64,000 nucleotides of DNA from Yuukianura sp. NJ FZ-2021 (GCA_046563655.1 CM102290.1:13764001-13828000), one strand, 5' to 3'; counted from the first letter of the stretch, positions 24,801 to 41,642 are shown. Notes: a model not told the origin generated them from the sequence alone. Made by a program: numbers and translations.

Positions 24801-27476
24801 AAATCCTGTCCAAAACATTGGCATTACTCAACGATCTGTCCGTAGGCTACAACAGCGTCCGAAAGCTAGTCAAGCTGGAGGAAGTTCAGTTTATGCTCAA
24901 TAACCATACGGTAAGTTAGCATTGATGGTTCCATATGATCAAATGTAATGCAATGTTTTGTTTGTAGGGAGAACATTTTCCATTTTTGGGTTTAAATCAA
25001 AACGTGAATGACTTGAGATTCAGAACAGTATTTTATACGGCTTTGGGCCGACTGCTGATGGTGGATCTGGGAGAGGATGAAGATCGGTTTCATAGTTTCA
25101 TGGTGCCTTTGACAAGTAATGGACAATGTGTAGCTCTAAATTGTGATTCGTGTGCTGGAGAAGTACTTAGATGATTGATTTTTGTTGTTTTTGTAAATAG
25201 GCGCGATGGAAACAGTAGGTCAAGTTCTTGGCATAACGGATGCAGCATTATTCCGCGCTGAAGAAGCCAAATGGAGCGTCGTTGGACTCGCTCGTGATCT
25301 TCGTGGAATTATTTTTGCATTCAATACCCGATCTGCCTACATTATGTTCTATGAGTGGATGTAAGATTGATGTAATTTTTAAAATTGCAACTATACAATT
25401 GAGATTGTTTTGTATTTTTGTAGCTTTCCTGCGTACACTCCGATTCTACAGAGGGCCATTGAACTGTGGTTCCATGATCCACATGTCACAACTCCAGTTT
25501 TAAAACTTTTCGCGGAACTTGCACAGAATCGGTCTCAAAGACTTCAGTTTGATGTCTGTTCTCCCAACGGTGTTTTACTTTTCCGCGAAGCTAGTAAAAT
25601 GTTATGCTGCTACGGTGAGAAACAAAAACGTTTTTTATCACACCCAGAACGTTTTTTGAAATATTTTTTTGTTTATAGGTTCCCGTATATTGTCAGTTGA
25701 TGTTCCAAAGGCCCAACTCTATTCTCACAAACTCAAAGGCATTTCCATTTGCTTCCTCATGCTAAAGGCTGTTTTATGTGGTAATTATGTCAACTTTGGA
25801 GTATTTCGATTGTACGGAGACGAGGCGCTGGACAATGTCCTCAACTGCTTCGTCAAGATGCTTCTATCCATTCCAATCACTGACTTGATGGTATGTTACT
25901 CTTATAAGAAGTATTTTTTCCGTAGCAAGTCATTAGCGCGAAAACAATAAGTACGAAAACAATAAGTGCGAATTGAGCAATTTTGCAAAAGTGGAACTGA
26001 ACCTTATTGGGGTGTAGGTTAGGGTTTTTAAAAGGATATGTTAGGTGTCATTGGTCAAGTAGATACAGTGTTGCCAAGTTGTGGAATTCGCGCTTTTTGT
26101 TTTCGCAATAATGACCTGGAACTACTTTTAACACAAACTGATTGTATTTTGTATAGGACTATCCTAAATTATCCCAAACGTACTACGTACTGCTGGAATG
26201 TGTTGCCCAAGATCATATGAATTTTTTGGCTTCCTTGGATCCTAACATGTTTCTGTACATTCTATCATCTATCTCGGAGGGACTATCGGCTTTAGGTAAG
26301 TCAATATTTTGTGCTGACTTTACATTGAAGGAGGTCAAAGTTGAATATTTTTTTTTTCAGATACGATGGTTTGTGCCAGTTGTTGTGCAACGCTAGACCA
26401 CATCATCACATATCTCTTCAAGCAGTGCACTCTGAAAAGTAAGTTTGACCAAGTGCTACTACAAAATATGTGGAACGGGCAAAGGTGGTGGGAAGGAGTA
26501 GTTGATCTAAAATGGATTAATGTTTAGGCCGTACTGCTACGTTGAGCTTTCTATTTGAAAAACTGAAATGTGGTGACATTAGGCCTAAGAAACATGGTAA
26601 TAACCTGTACTAAAACTTGTACATTGTACTTCTACTGTCACTTTGAATCCAACTTTCAAAATACTTCACCGCGGCGGTTTGTCTGAACAAAATGTAAAGT
26701 TATCATGATCCAAACAGAAGGGATTAACACAGTTTAAACCGCCAAAGTCATTTTCCGCAAAATGTCTTTCTTCTACTACTATTTATAAGCGACTTAGATC
26801 GTCAATTCACTAAATTGTTCTTTGTTTTAGGCAAGAAGATGCCGCGACTGGGAATCGTTCCAAATGACCAAGTGCTGCTAACGATTGAGCAACATCCAGA
26901 GATACTACAGCAAATGCTGTCCACTGTCATAAATATTGTGATGTTTGAAGACTGTCGAAACCAATGGTCTATGTCTCGTCCCCTCTTGGGCCTCATTCTA
27001 CTCAATGAGGAGGTTAGTTTTCTTAAAAAGCAAAAGCTACTTTATGATATCAGCGTGTCTGCCTGCCTGTCTGTCTGTCTACCTGTATGTCTGTCTGCTT
27101 GCCTGGCGGTCCGCACTCGAACTGTAAGTTAATGAAACAGAACGTAATGTGTCGTTTGAAATTTATAGTATTTCGGACGTCTCCGAGAAACTCTGATCCG
27201 AAGTCAACCAGAGAAACAGGAAGCTATGGCTCAGTGGTTTGATAATTTAATGGAAGGAATAGAAAGAAATCTGCTAACCAAAAATCGAGACCGGTAAAAA
27301 CAAAAAATTTTTAGTATTTTTTCCAAAATTGCGTAAATTGGATAACGTGTTCATAAAACTCCTTGTTTTTTTTTAGGTTTACTCAAAACTTGGCTGTGTT
27401 TCGACGAGATATCAACGAGTCGTTGAAACCAAATCTACCGTCTGTGACCAATTCGGTTAACGACATGATGTGTTAA
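21897..27476 (+). CDS. XPO7: Exportin-7 / RanBP16 (multi-exon, many short GT-AG introns)
   Basis: Spliced peptides [113 protein letters not shown] match the exportin-7 family; ATG 21897, TAA 27474-27476. Confidence 0.96.
23553..23689. mobile_element. Short palindromic element (asymmetric-end family) in XPO7 intron
   Basis: GGTTCC-TTGTAAAATGGTCAA ... TTGACCATTTCGCC-TGCTAC. Confidence 0.6.
25921..26122. mobile_element. Palindromic element (asymmetric-end family) in XPO7 intron
   Basis: GTAGCA-AGTCATTAGCGCGAAAACAA ... TTGTTTTCGCAATAATGACC-TGGAAC; central GTAGGTTAGG. Confidence 0.65.
27021..27150 (+). mobile_element. 5' fragment of DINE-1/HINE-like element in XPO7 intron
   Basis: AAAAGCAAAAGCTACTT followed by (GTCT/GCCT)n tract; no 3' end. 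Confidence 0.6.
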
Positions 27477-27902
27477 GCAGAATATTTTTTTTGCAATGAA
27501 ACGGCGATTCTGCGCTGTAAGTTCCTCTTCAAAAATTTTCCTGGTTTCCACATTAGTTGTATGAGGGGAGGTAACTCAAAAACTGTCAAACTGCCGTAAG
27601 CGGAAAATGTGTTATGCTGTTGGTTCCATGCGAGCCTAATAGTTGATTTCCAGATCAACGAGGCTATCCCCCCTCATACCACTACTCTCCTCTTAATTTT
27701 TTGAAATTTTTACACTGAAGTCTCCAATTCTGCGCTTTAAGTTTGAACCAATTTGCTTCTCTGTGTGCGGCCCGGCGATGCTATTCAGCAGAAAATCCAT
27801 GAATACTATCAAGAACTGTGTTCATGTACTGAGCATGTGGACATCTTAAATCTAAATTCAGAATAAATGTATAATTGTCAAGTTTGACTTAAGTTGTACC
27901 TC

Positions 27903-29293
27903 TCATTGGCGTGAGAGCAACTGGATAAGATGGGGGTTCGGAGTTTGTGGAACCGGCATGAATTTGTTGTCAATCTTCGACTTCAAGTAGACATTCGTCA
28001 AGAAGTTTGGAGAACTCGTGGAAATACTTTCAATCTCTGCCTTTACGCGGGTTGTACGGAGCACTTCAATTTCCCTTTTCCAGTCCTGTCAACAAGAAAA
28101 CAAATTGGTTAGATTTTTTGTTTGAATGGAGATTTGACAGAATTCAAAGAGTAGTTTAGACAGCATGTTCCGCAATACCTCGTCCCGTATTCGGGTTTCC
28201 AGGGCATTAAGTTGTGAAATCTCCTTTGCAGTCACGGTAAGTCGCTGACCTTCTCCATATGCGATATAGTCCAGTTCCGAAGGCAGCAGTCCAAGTAACT
28301 CCAAATTTGGAAGGCACAGTTCAGGTTCCCACGAACCTCGTGTTCCCCATCGATAGATTGATGCAATCTGAAGTCCATGGGGATCTGCATCTACCAATAG
28401 GAAAGTTCGAAGATGGAGAGAGTCTGACAGCTTCTTCAAGAAACGTCTCGTACCATAATCGGGATATCCTTTGCCTAAAACGAAATCGGAAGTGATGAAA
28501 ATTGCACTATTTGGTTCATATATGACGACGACAAGCTGACGTTTCCTTACCGGTAACCAACAGAAACGAGCCCAAGCAATCAAAACAGTTCTCTTCAACG
28601 ACCTTCTGAAAGACTGCATCTTTCTCAACAACCAGAATGAATTTTGCATCGGACTTGAAGTCGTGAAACCCTGTAACAACAAATACGTAATGTCAACGTT
28701 ACGAACGACACACAGTCGATGTAGTCTTACTAAAACTCACCTTTCTGATTAGACGGAATTAGTGCTGGCACGGTAGTCGTAACTTGACGAACGTCGTCAC
28801 GACCATCCTTCCACGTCAGAGCTCCAACGATGAGTCCCTTTGGTGAGGCTTCAATGTTCAAATCCCAGCGAGGAACTTTGACAACTGCGCATACAAGTTT
28901 AATGAGACTATCCAACTGCCTCTGATTTCGATACAGTTGAATGTTTTCGTAGAAAATGTCTCGTTTGTTTTGATACTCGTTCCGGCAGATGAGGTCATAG
29001 CATTTGAGCATCAAGCAAAGAACGGACGTGAAGGTCGCCTGAGATCGAGCCATGTACAATTCAATTTTTCGTAAACCGATTTCGGTGTTGTTGTTCTGTG
29101 CAGTCCGGATTTCGAGATATGGAGTACGTCCGCCAGCTAGATCTTGGATGACTAAAGCAACGATCCCTTCAATCCTTTGCTTAATAGCTTGCGGAGTAGT
29201 CGGCACTGCTGCGACGTTGTCGTCGGGATCATCGTCGATGGTGATTACTTCTGCTTCACGTTGTGGAGTAGGAGGAGCCGCTACTTCTTCCAT
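27903..29293 (-). CDS. SPO11: Meiotic recombination protein SPO11 (topoisomerase VI-A family), 4 exons: 29293-28741, 28670-28551, 28474-28179, 28085-27903; 383 aa
   Basis: KRDIFY catalytic-Tyr motif, ASPKGLIVG, Toprim VVEKDAVFQ, TGKGYPD, LVDADPHG (DxD), KAEIE; GT-AG junctions join in phase. Confidence 0.95.
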
Positions 29294-29896
29294 GACTTTC
29301 AGAACGTAGAACGTTTGTAGAACGTTTGTAGAACCTTCAACTGCAACTGACAACTGGGTGGTGTTAGGCCGAATGTTTGAGAAACCTTGACAGTCGTCAA
29401 TTACAAGTACGATGTAACTAATTGATGATTTATACCGAATTAATTAATCTTTAAACTAAATACTGAATTATTATAAAGAATTTCTTCAGGAAAAAAAAAA
29501 CAAAGAAAGAATAAAAACGGCTACGAATTTGAAATATTCGGAATCGCAGAATTTTCCCGCCACAGACGTCGCGTCTCACTTTACCCCACACAGACTCTGG
29601 TCTTACCTTACCCCAACTGTGTTATTATTTTACCTATGCACATTACAATGTAGTGTAAATATAAATCGTTGACCTTTTGACCTTTAGTCCCAAACTATCT
29701 ATTTGTACTTAGTTAATGCTACATGAACGTTGTCTCGCAATAGAAAAACGTTAAACTTTCGTTTGCAATTCTTAACGCAACCTTCAACTAATATTTAGAT
29801 CCGTTAAAAATTCCTCTACAGGCGCCAAATTCAAATTCTTTCAAAGTTAAAAATCGTAGTTGCAACAAATGTTTTATAGAAATAAGTAAATATTGT

Positions 29897-32800
29897 TTAA
29901 CCTATGATTGAAAAGTTGATAGAATCCAAATGTTTAGCATATAAAGTTTCTGGAATATTTTGTGCAGTGTGTATTCTCTTCAAGTACTCCGTCCTCGGTT
30001 GGAAGTCAATGAATTTCTTCATTTGCTTGCGTGGTGGTATGGTGGGAATATTCACTTCCGGTATGAACTCCATGGTTTTATAAGGGTCAAGCCGTGTCAC
30101 AATTTCCTCTGGATGTCTACAGCGAACACAATTAATTAATTAAGAAGTTGTCACTCCCAACCCAAGTTTAAGATTCAGGAGGTTTTGAATATTTAAACCT
30201 AAAAGTTAGGAATTTTCGAAATCATACTTATGGAAAATATCCTTTGGCAGTGCTTCTACAGAGTCAGGTTTCAGAATACCCCTCACAGCTTGTTCGACCC
30301 ATGGATGGTAATGTGCCTACATGAAAAAATGAAACGATCGTACTACGACTGACTGTTATGATTTATGTTTAGAGTAATCGATTGAACAAAGTGTACCAGC
30401 AATGTAGTCATCTCCCAGAGTGTACTGGATTCAGCACTACAGTGATCAGGATTATCCAACTCCGGTAAATACACTCCGCTACCCAAACTTCCATCAGAGT
30501 CTAACAGGCCCCTCGTAACAGGATTCATCTAAAACCGATTTTGAATACACCATTAGATTAATTTAGATTAATCAGATGAATCTAAACAATCTTACTTTGA
30601 GCACGTTCTTCAGCTCCATCAAGCATCCAAGGGCATCATTATATTCCAATTGAGTCACAATCGTTGCCAGCCTTTTAGCAAAGGCAGTCGCTCGCGGGCC
30701 AGGAATTTTTTTCTTTCCGCATGCCAGCCGAATACAGCGCAGAGCCACTCCAACATCAGTTTCAGCTCGTCCTATGAAACCAAAACATTTGAAAACAAAT
30801 TCAAAAAAAGTGGAGCAATTGAATTCAAGTAACAAAGTGTTTTACCACATTTGAGTTGAATGAGATGTGCATAAAGGTTTTTATGGAACATGGTTGGATC
30901 CAATGTCAAAGCTTGTCCTTGGCCGTCCAGAACAGCCAACACAGTAGCGATACAGAGAATGGACTGTCTCCGTTTCAGATCTCCGCTGTTTTGTAACTTT
31001 CCTAAAACTCTTAGCAAATCCTCAAAGAAGTCAATGTTGATGATATGGGCGAATCTAAATGTATAATGTCACAAGATTAGCAATGCTACAATTTTAGATC
31101 AAAATGAATGTTGAACAGCACATACTTTGCTAATCCTTCCAGTACAGATGACAACATCGGTGCAGATGGATTTGTTTTCAAAGTGCGGAAATACATAGTG
31201 AAAACAAGTTTTGTAATTTCTGTTAGATAGTGTGATTTCTGGGCTTTGTTCTCTTCGGCTGCAGTTTCGAGCAGCTCCCGCTCCAGCTGGACCATGTCCT
31301 TTGCTTTCTGTAGTAAAAGTAGATGAAAATGAAAAAATTACTCAATTTAGTATGAAAAAGCGAACCTTTCGATTTTTCTTGGACAGCATTCGACGTTCCT
31401 CAAACGTCATTTTGGCCTTGGGTGTCATTTCGTCAACTTTTTCTTTTTCCAAATCCACTTCCTTGATTCTGAGTTCTAACAATACATCCATTACGTCTCG
31501 TCGCATAAAGCCTGATTTCCCACCCGAAAATTTAGACTTGACAAGAATATTTATTCTACGAACAATCTGAAAAAAAAATTGTAATTTTAGTTGAGGTAGA
31601 GTTTAACCGCACAGTGTAGCCACATTGTGTGGCCACAATAGGCAGGTACAGCTGAGTGGCAACATTTGTAGCCGCAAAGTGGCAACACAGTGCGAATACA
31701 ATGACGATCGTTACACCTTGCCCCAACCGCCAAAATAAGTTAAGTGTCTTTACCTCGTAAGAGATTTCGCCTCTCTTGTCAATTCGGAAGACGGACTTGA
31801 TGGCATTGAAAACAATGAGTCTTGTTATGGTGTCCCAATGATTAAGAAACGGAATAACAAAATTGACAATGTTCGTGGCCATGTTAAAGTACGGGTGAGA
31901 TACCAACATTTTGCACATACAGTCGAGCGCTACCCGCCCTAATTTCCTTTCGGCTTCCTGAATTCAAAAAAAGTAATTAAGAATGCTAGTTTGATGTTAA
32001 AAACTTGTGAGGTAAATACTTTTGAACTGGCTGTACCGAAACAGATGCGCCGGACTTGCGACGTGGCAGGCCACTCGTGACCATTTTCTCTAGTCGTTGC
32101 AAAAACGTTTTGTACCTTCGCAGCAAATTGGCTTCTCCGCCTTGCAATGCTCTGGTGTCCTTCTTCACTGTTTAGAAGATTAATAATAAAAGTAATATCA
32201 TAATTCATTTTGAAAAAATCATTAAGTCATTACGTTTGACTCCTTCTTGGTTGTGATGCTTGATAGCATATGCTGGAAGCACATCTTGGAAAACCATTAC
32301 GAGAGAAATCGTGGCTAGCTTTGGTACTGTGAATGCTACAGCTGATTCATTCGTCTGGAGCATGGCTAGGAGGCTGTCTAAGTTTCTAAGCTAAAGACAA
32401 AGTTTCACCAGTTATTTCATACAAATTATAATTATAAATACCAAAAATGTTTTTCATACCCTATTGTCCGGATCTTCCAGAAAAGAGGCCGAGAGAATTC
32501 CAATTTTCATTCTATATTCGTTAAGTTTCTCTTGTCGTCGGGCAAGTAGCATAGCTGTGCTTATCACTTTGCCTGATTCGTCTTCCTCAGTTTGCTGTGT
32601 CTGTGGGGCATGCTGATTCACGTTGTTTTCAGATTCTGTACGAGCCGGAGTATCCGTGGGAACTGATACAGTGGAATTCTTCGCACTGGAACGTATGTAT
32701 TCCTCAGAAGTAGTCTGCATGGTCAGTCCCTTGTCAGTTTTGACAGGAAGAAGCCAACGGATTGCCTTTTTCTCACTCATTTCCTTCGCATAGTTTGACT

Positions 32801-33319
32801 CGTACCGATTTTCGAGCTCATCGTCTTCAGCCTCCTTTCGTTTCAGCCCCCGTTCTGCCTTTTTCCGCCTTTAAGAATTTCAAACAAAAATGGTTCTAAG
32901 CGAAGGGTTTTACAAATACATAAGTGTTTAAAAATTTAAACATACTTGTGTTCAGATTCTGATGGCTGGACGGCAAACTGGAATTGTCCAATACGATTAG
33001 CGTTGCGAACGTAAGATAGTTCATCTTCGTCCAGCATATCCAAAACATCCTGTGCCGTTGTTTCTTCGTGTTGCGGAGCTTTGCCTGCAAAAAAAATATT
33101 AATATTGATTTAGGATTGGTTCAAAAGCATTCGTCCATATAACTTACCTTGAGCTCGCAGAAGTCGGTTTTTCTCTTTTAGCTTCCTAATAGCCACCAAT
33201 TTTTTTCTAGCCTTAACGACAGCTTGGGAGCTAGTCTTCTTTCCCTTGGTTTTCTTCCCACCTAAAATGTTCTTCTGTTTTGCCTTTGAGATTTTGATTT
33301 TCCCAGCCTTTTTCGCCAT
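29897..33319 (-). CDS. NOC3L: Nucleolar complex protein 3 homolog (multi-exon)
   Basis: Lys-rich N-terminus, WLLPVKT, HPYFNMATNIV, LSSVLEGLAK/FAHIINIDFFEDLL, GSGVYLPELDNPDHCSAESSTLWE, HYHPWV match NOC3 family. Confidence 0.92.
31608..31694. mobile_element. 87-bp palindromic mini-element in NOC3L intron
   Basis: CGCACAGTGTAGCCAC ... GTGGCAACACAGTGCG imperfect inverted ends. Confidence 0.5.
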
Positions 33320-33959
33320 CTTCTTCAAAATCGGTTATCCCCAACTTTCAAAAATACAAAATTTCAATTGAATGCGATTTCAGTAGCGAGATACTTACAT
33401 GTCAGACAAGGTAAGTAGTCTTATCGTTTTTTTCTTACCGTGTGATTGTTAGGGAGGTTGACAAATCTCTTCGGATTAATTAGGAAATACAATCGATTAG
33501 TTTTCCGTTCAATTAAATGCTCCTTCACTGCTGTAATGCATGGAGGAAGCGAAGCGGAAAGCACTGAAATTTACAAAATGTGTTTTTTGAATTTGAATTT
33601 TACTATTCCCGCCAACTTCGTATTTAAATTTTTCAATCCGTTCTTGTGTTACCCACACACCCACCTTACCATTCATCGCGCATGGGCATCAAAATAATTT
33701 CAGAATAATAAGAATACTGTACATGCTTACTGGGGCTTCGCCCAAGACCCGTTCAATCGTTCTATAGAAATCAATAAATAAATAAATAATAATAATAATA
33801 ATAGCTACTATAATTATAAGCCTTTTTTTGTAAAAGATCCCCTTCAAATTTCTATGAGGGGAGATCGACTGCTTTTCAATACTTTATTGCTTTTCAAGCT
33901 TTTTTTAAAAAACACAAGCAAAAATTCCTTGCATAAAATAGGGACGAACATTTTCTGCA

Positions 33960-34205
33960 AGCTTTTTTCTTGCAGAAAATGGAGGCGTTGTTATAAGAAG
34001 TTTGCGCAAAATCGAGGCGTTGTTATAAGAAACATGCGGAAAATCCAGATGTAGTTATAAAAAGCTTGCGGAAAATCGAGCCGTTGTTATAAGAAACATG
34101 CGGAAAATCCAGATGTTGTTATAAAAAGCTTGCGGAAAATCGAGGCTTTGTTATAAAAAGATTGCGGAAAATCGAGACGTTGTTATAAAAAACATGCAGA
34201 AAATT
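33960..34205. repeat. ~31-bp minisatellite, ~8 diverged copies
   Basis: Recurrent GCGGAAAATCGAGGCGTTGTTATAA(G/A)AA(AC/GC)(A/T)T units directly upstream of the 175-bp array. Confidence 0.9.
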
Positions 34206-34208
34206 TGG

Positions 34209-37200
34209 GGAATTGGAATTTTGAAAAATTCAGCTGAAATTCAACTTTTGGATATATTTGCCTTGCCGTGGATTCAGGCGTACTCTACCGTATTGAAATG
34301 TTGGTCTCGTGAAAAATTGACCTGTTCTCTAACTTTTTGACGTGTCCAAATTTTTAAAATTTACTTGTACACTTACTTTTTGAGGAATTGGAATTTTGAA
34401 AAATTCAGCTGAAATTCAACTTTTGGATATATTTGCCTTGCCGTGGATTCAGGCGTACTCTACCGTATTGAAATGTTGGTCTCGTGAAAAATTGACCTGT
34501 TCTCTAACTTTTTGACGTGTCCAAATTTTTAAAATTTACTTGTACACTTACTTTTTGAGGAATTGGAATTTTGAAAAATTCAGCTGAAATTCAACTTTTG
34601 GATATATTTGCCTTGCCGTGGATTCAGGCGTACTCTACCGTATTGAAATGTTGGTCTCGTGAAAAATTGACCTGTTCTCTAACTTTTTGACGTGTCCAAA
34701 TTTTTAAAATTTACTTGTACACTTACTTTTTGAGGAATTGGAATTTTGAAAAATTCAGCTGAAATTCAACTTTTGGATATATTTGCCTTGCCGTGGATTC
34801 TGGCGTACTCTACCGTATTGAAATGTTGGTCTCGTGAAAAATTGACCTGTTCTCTAACTTTTTGACGTGTCCAAATTTTTAAAATTTACTTGTACACTTA
34901 CTTTTTGAGGAATTGGAATTTTGAAAAATTCAGCTGAAATTCAACTTTTGGATATATTTGCCTTGCCGTGGATTCAGGCGTACTCTACCGTATTGAAATG
35001 TTGGTCTCGTGAAAAATTGACCTGTTCTCTAACTTTTTGACGTGGCCAAATTTTTAAAATTTACTTGTACACTTACTTTTTGAGGAATTGGAATTTTGAA
35101 AAATTCAGCTGAAATTCAACTTTTGGATATATTTGCCTTGCCGTGGATTCAGGCGTACTCTACCGTATTGAAATGTTGGTCTCGTGAAAAATTGACCTGT
35201 TCTCTAACTTTTTGACGTGTCCAAATTTTTAAAATTTACTTGTACACTTACTTTTTGAGGAATTGGAATTTTGAAAAATTCAGCTGAAATTCAACTTTTG
35301 GATATATTTGCCTTGCCGTGGATTCTGGCGTACTCTACCGTATTGAAATGTTGGTCTCGTGAAAAATTGACCTGTTCTCTAACTTTTTGACGTGTCCAAA
35401 TTTTTAAAATTTACTTGTACACTTACTTTTTGAGGAATTGGAATTTTGAAAAATTCAGCTGAAATTCAACTTTTGGATATATTTGCCTTGCCGTGGATTC
35501 AGGCGTACTCTACCGTATTGAAATGTTGGTCTCGTGAAAAATTGACCTGTTCTCTAACTTTTTGACGTGTCCAAATTTTTAAAATTTACTTCTACACTTA
35601 CTTTTTGAGGAATTGGAATTTTGAAAAATTCAGCTGAAATTCAACTTTTGGATATATTTGCCTTGCCGTGGATTCTGGCGTACTCTACCGTATTGAAATG
35701 TTGGTCTCGTGAAAAATTGACCTGTTCTCTAACTTTTTGACGTGTCCAAATTTTTAAAATTTACTTGTACACTTACTTTTTGAGGAATTGGAATTTTGAA
35801 AAATTCAGCTGAAATTCAACTTTTGGATATATTTGCCTTGCCGTGGATTCAGGCGTACTCTACCGTATTGAAATGTTGGTCTCGTGAAAAATTGACCTGT
35901 TCTCTAACTTTTTGACGTGTCCAAATTTTTAAAATTTACTTGTACACTTACTTTTTGAGGAATTGGAATTTTGAAAAATTCAGCTGAAATTCAACTTTTG
36001 GATATATTTGCCTTGCCGTGGATTCAGGCGTACTCTACCGTATTGAAATGTTGGTCTCGTGAAAAATTGACCTGTTCTCTAACTTTTTGACGTGTCCAAA
36101 TTTTTAAAATTTACTTGTACACTTACTTTTTGAGGAATTGGAATTTTGAAAAATTCAGCTGAAATTCAACTTTTGGATATATTTGCCTTGCCGTGGATTC
36201 AGGCGTACTCTACCGTATTGAAATGTTGGTCTCGTGAAAAATTGACCTGTTCTCTAACTTTTTGACGTGTCCAAATTTTTAAAATTTACTTGTACACTTA
36301 CTTTTTGAGGAATTGGAATTTTGAAAAATTCAGCTGAAATTCAACTTTTGGATATATTTGCCTTGCCGTGGATTCAGGCGTACTCTACCGTATTGAAATG
36401 TTGGTCTCGTGAAAAATTGACCTGTTCTCTAACTTTTTGACGTGTCCAAATTTTTAAAATTTACTTGTACACTTACTTTTTGAGGAATTGGAATTTTGAA
36501 AAATTCAGCTGAAATTCAACTTTTGGATATATTTGCCTTGCCGTGGATTCAGGCGTACTCTACCGTATTGAAATGTTGGTCTCGTGAAAAATTGACCTGT
36601 TCTCTAACTTTTTGACGTGTCCAAATTTTTAAAATTTACTTGTACACTTACTTTTTGAGGAATTGGAATTTTGAAAAATTCAGCTGAAATTCAACTTTTG
36701 GATATATTTGCCTTGCCGTGGATTCAGGCGTACTCTACCGTATTGAAATGTTGGTCTCGTGAAAAATTGACCTGTTCTCTAACTTTTTGACGTGTCCAAA
36801 TTTTTAAAATTTACTTGTACACTTACTTTTTGAGGAATTGGAATTTTGAAAAATTCAGCTGAAATTCAACTTTTGGATATATTTGCCTTGCCGTGGATTC
36901 AGGCGTACTCTACCGTATTGAAATGTTGGTCTCGTGAAAAATTGACCTGATCTCTAACTTTTTGACGTGTCCAAATTTTTAAAATTTACCTGTACACTTA
37001 CTTTTTGAGGAATTGGAATTTTGAAAAATTCAGCTGAAATTCAACTTTTGGATATATTTGCCTTGCCGTGGATTCAGGCGTACTCTACCGTATTGAAATG
37101 TTGGTCTCGTGAAAAATTGACCTGTTCTCTAACTTTTTGACGTGTCCAAATTTTTAAAATTTACTTGTACACTTACTTTTTGAGGAATTGGAATTTTGAA

Positions 37201-37531
37201 AAATTCAGCTGAAATTCAACTTTTGGATATATTTGCCTTGCCGTGGATTCAGGCGTACTCTACCGTATTGAAATGTTGGTCTCGTGAAAAATTGACCTGT
37301 TCTCTAACTTTTTGACGTGTCCAAATTTTTAAAATTTACTTGTACACTTACTTTTTGAGGAATTGGAATTTTGAAAAATTCAGCTGAAATTCAACTTTTG
37401 GATATATTTGCCTTGCCGTGGATTCAGGCGTACTCTACCGTATTGAAATGTTGGTCTCGTGAAAAATTGACCTGTTCTCTAACTTTTTGACGTGTCCAAA
37501 TTTTTAAAATTTACTTGTACACTTACTTTTT
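34209..37531. repeat. 175-bp satellite array, 19 near-identical copies
   Basis: GGAATTGGAATTTTGAAAAATTCAGCTG recurs at 34209, 34384, 34559 ... 37359 (exact 175-bp period); only a handful of substitutions. Confidence 0.98.
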
Positions 37532-38112
37532 TAGTACATGTCTTTGGCGTTTCTACTTTATTAACGTTACATATTGAGGCCTTGATTGAGTGATTGAGAG
37601 CATTGTAAGCAGGGGGAGGGGAGCTTATGAGGTTTTTCGGTGGGTGGTAGGTGAGTCATGTGTTGCTCTTAAAGTGGAAGTGGATCATGTGTATTCCATC
37701 GTCCTTCTCTCATGTGTTGCGTTTCTATAAAAATTAGTCTCTCTGTCATCTCTTAAGTTGTAAGAAGAACACTTTAATTACTATTTATTCATTTAGTGTA
37801 CCACAAATCGATTGCCACGGCAGTGTAAGCTAATCAAGGAGTTCATTTACCTCGTACACGACTCATTCAAATGAAATCTAAAAGCGATATTTGAAATTGA
37901 TATTCACACTAATCAGCTGTTCTGAGTCTCCAGCCTCTCCTTGATCAATAGCCAATTGGTTTCAATACTCCGACGTTTCTACGTGGCCGGACGGACCTTG
38001 TAACTTGGAAGTCTTATAACAGGGACGGATTAAAAGACATGACTGCTGGACACAAGAGATTTAACTAAGCTTACTTGTGATCCTAATTACATTCTATTGA
38101 CCTTCTAGTGCC

Positions 38113-41642
<3,530 letters not shown>

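Noticed and set aside
29294..29353. N-terminal extension of SPO11 from the ORF track
   Set aside because: Begins at TTG; the first in-frame ATG is at 29293.
34209..37531. CRISPR-like regular repeat array
   Set aside because: Units are contiguous and identical with no unique spacers; eukaryotic context and no cas genes.
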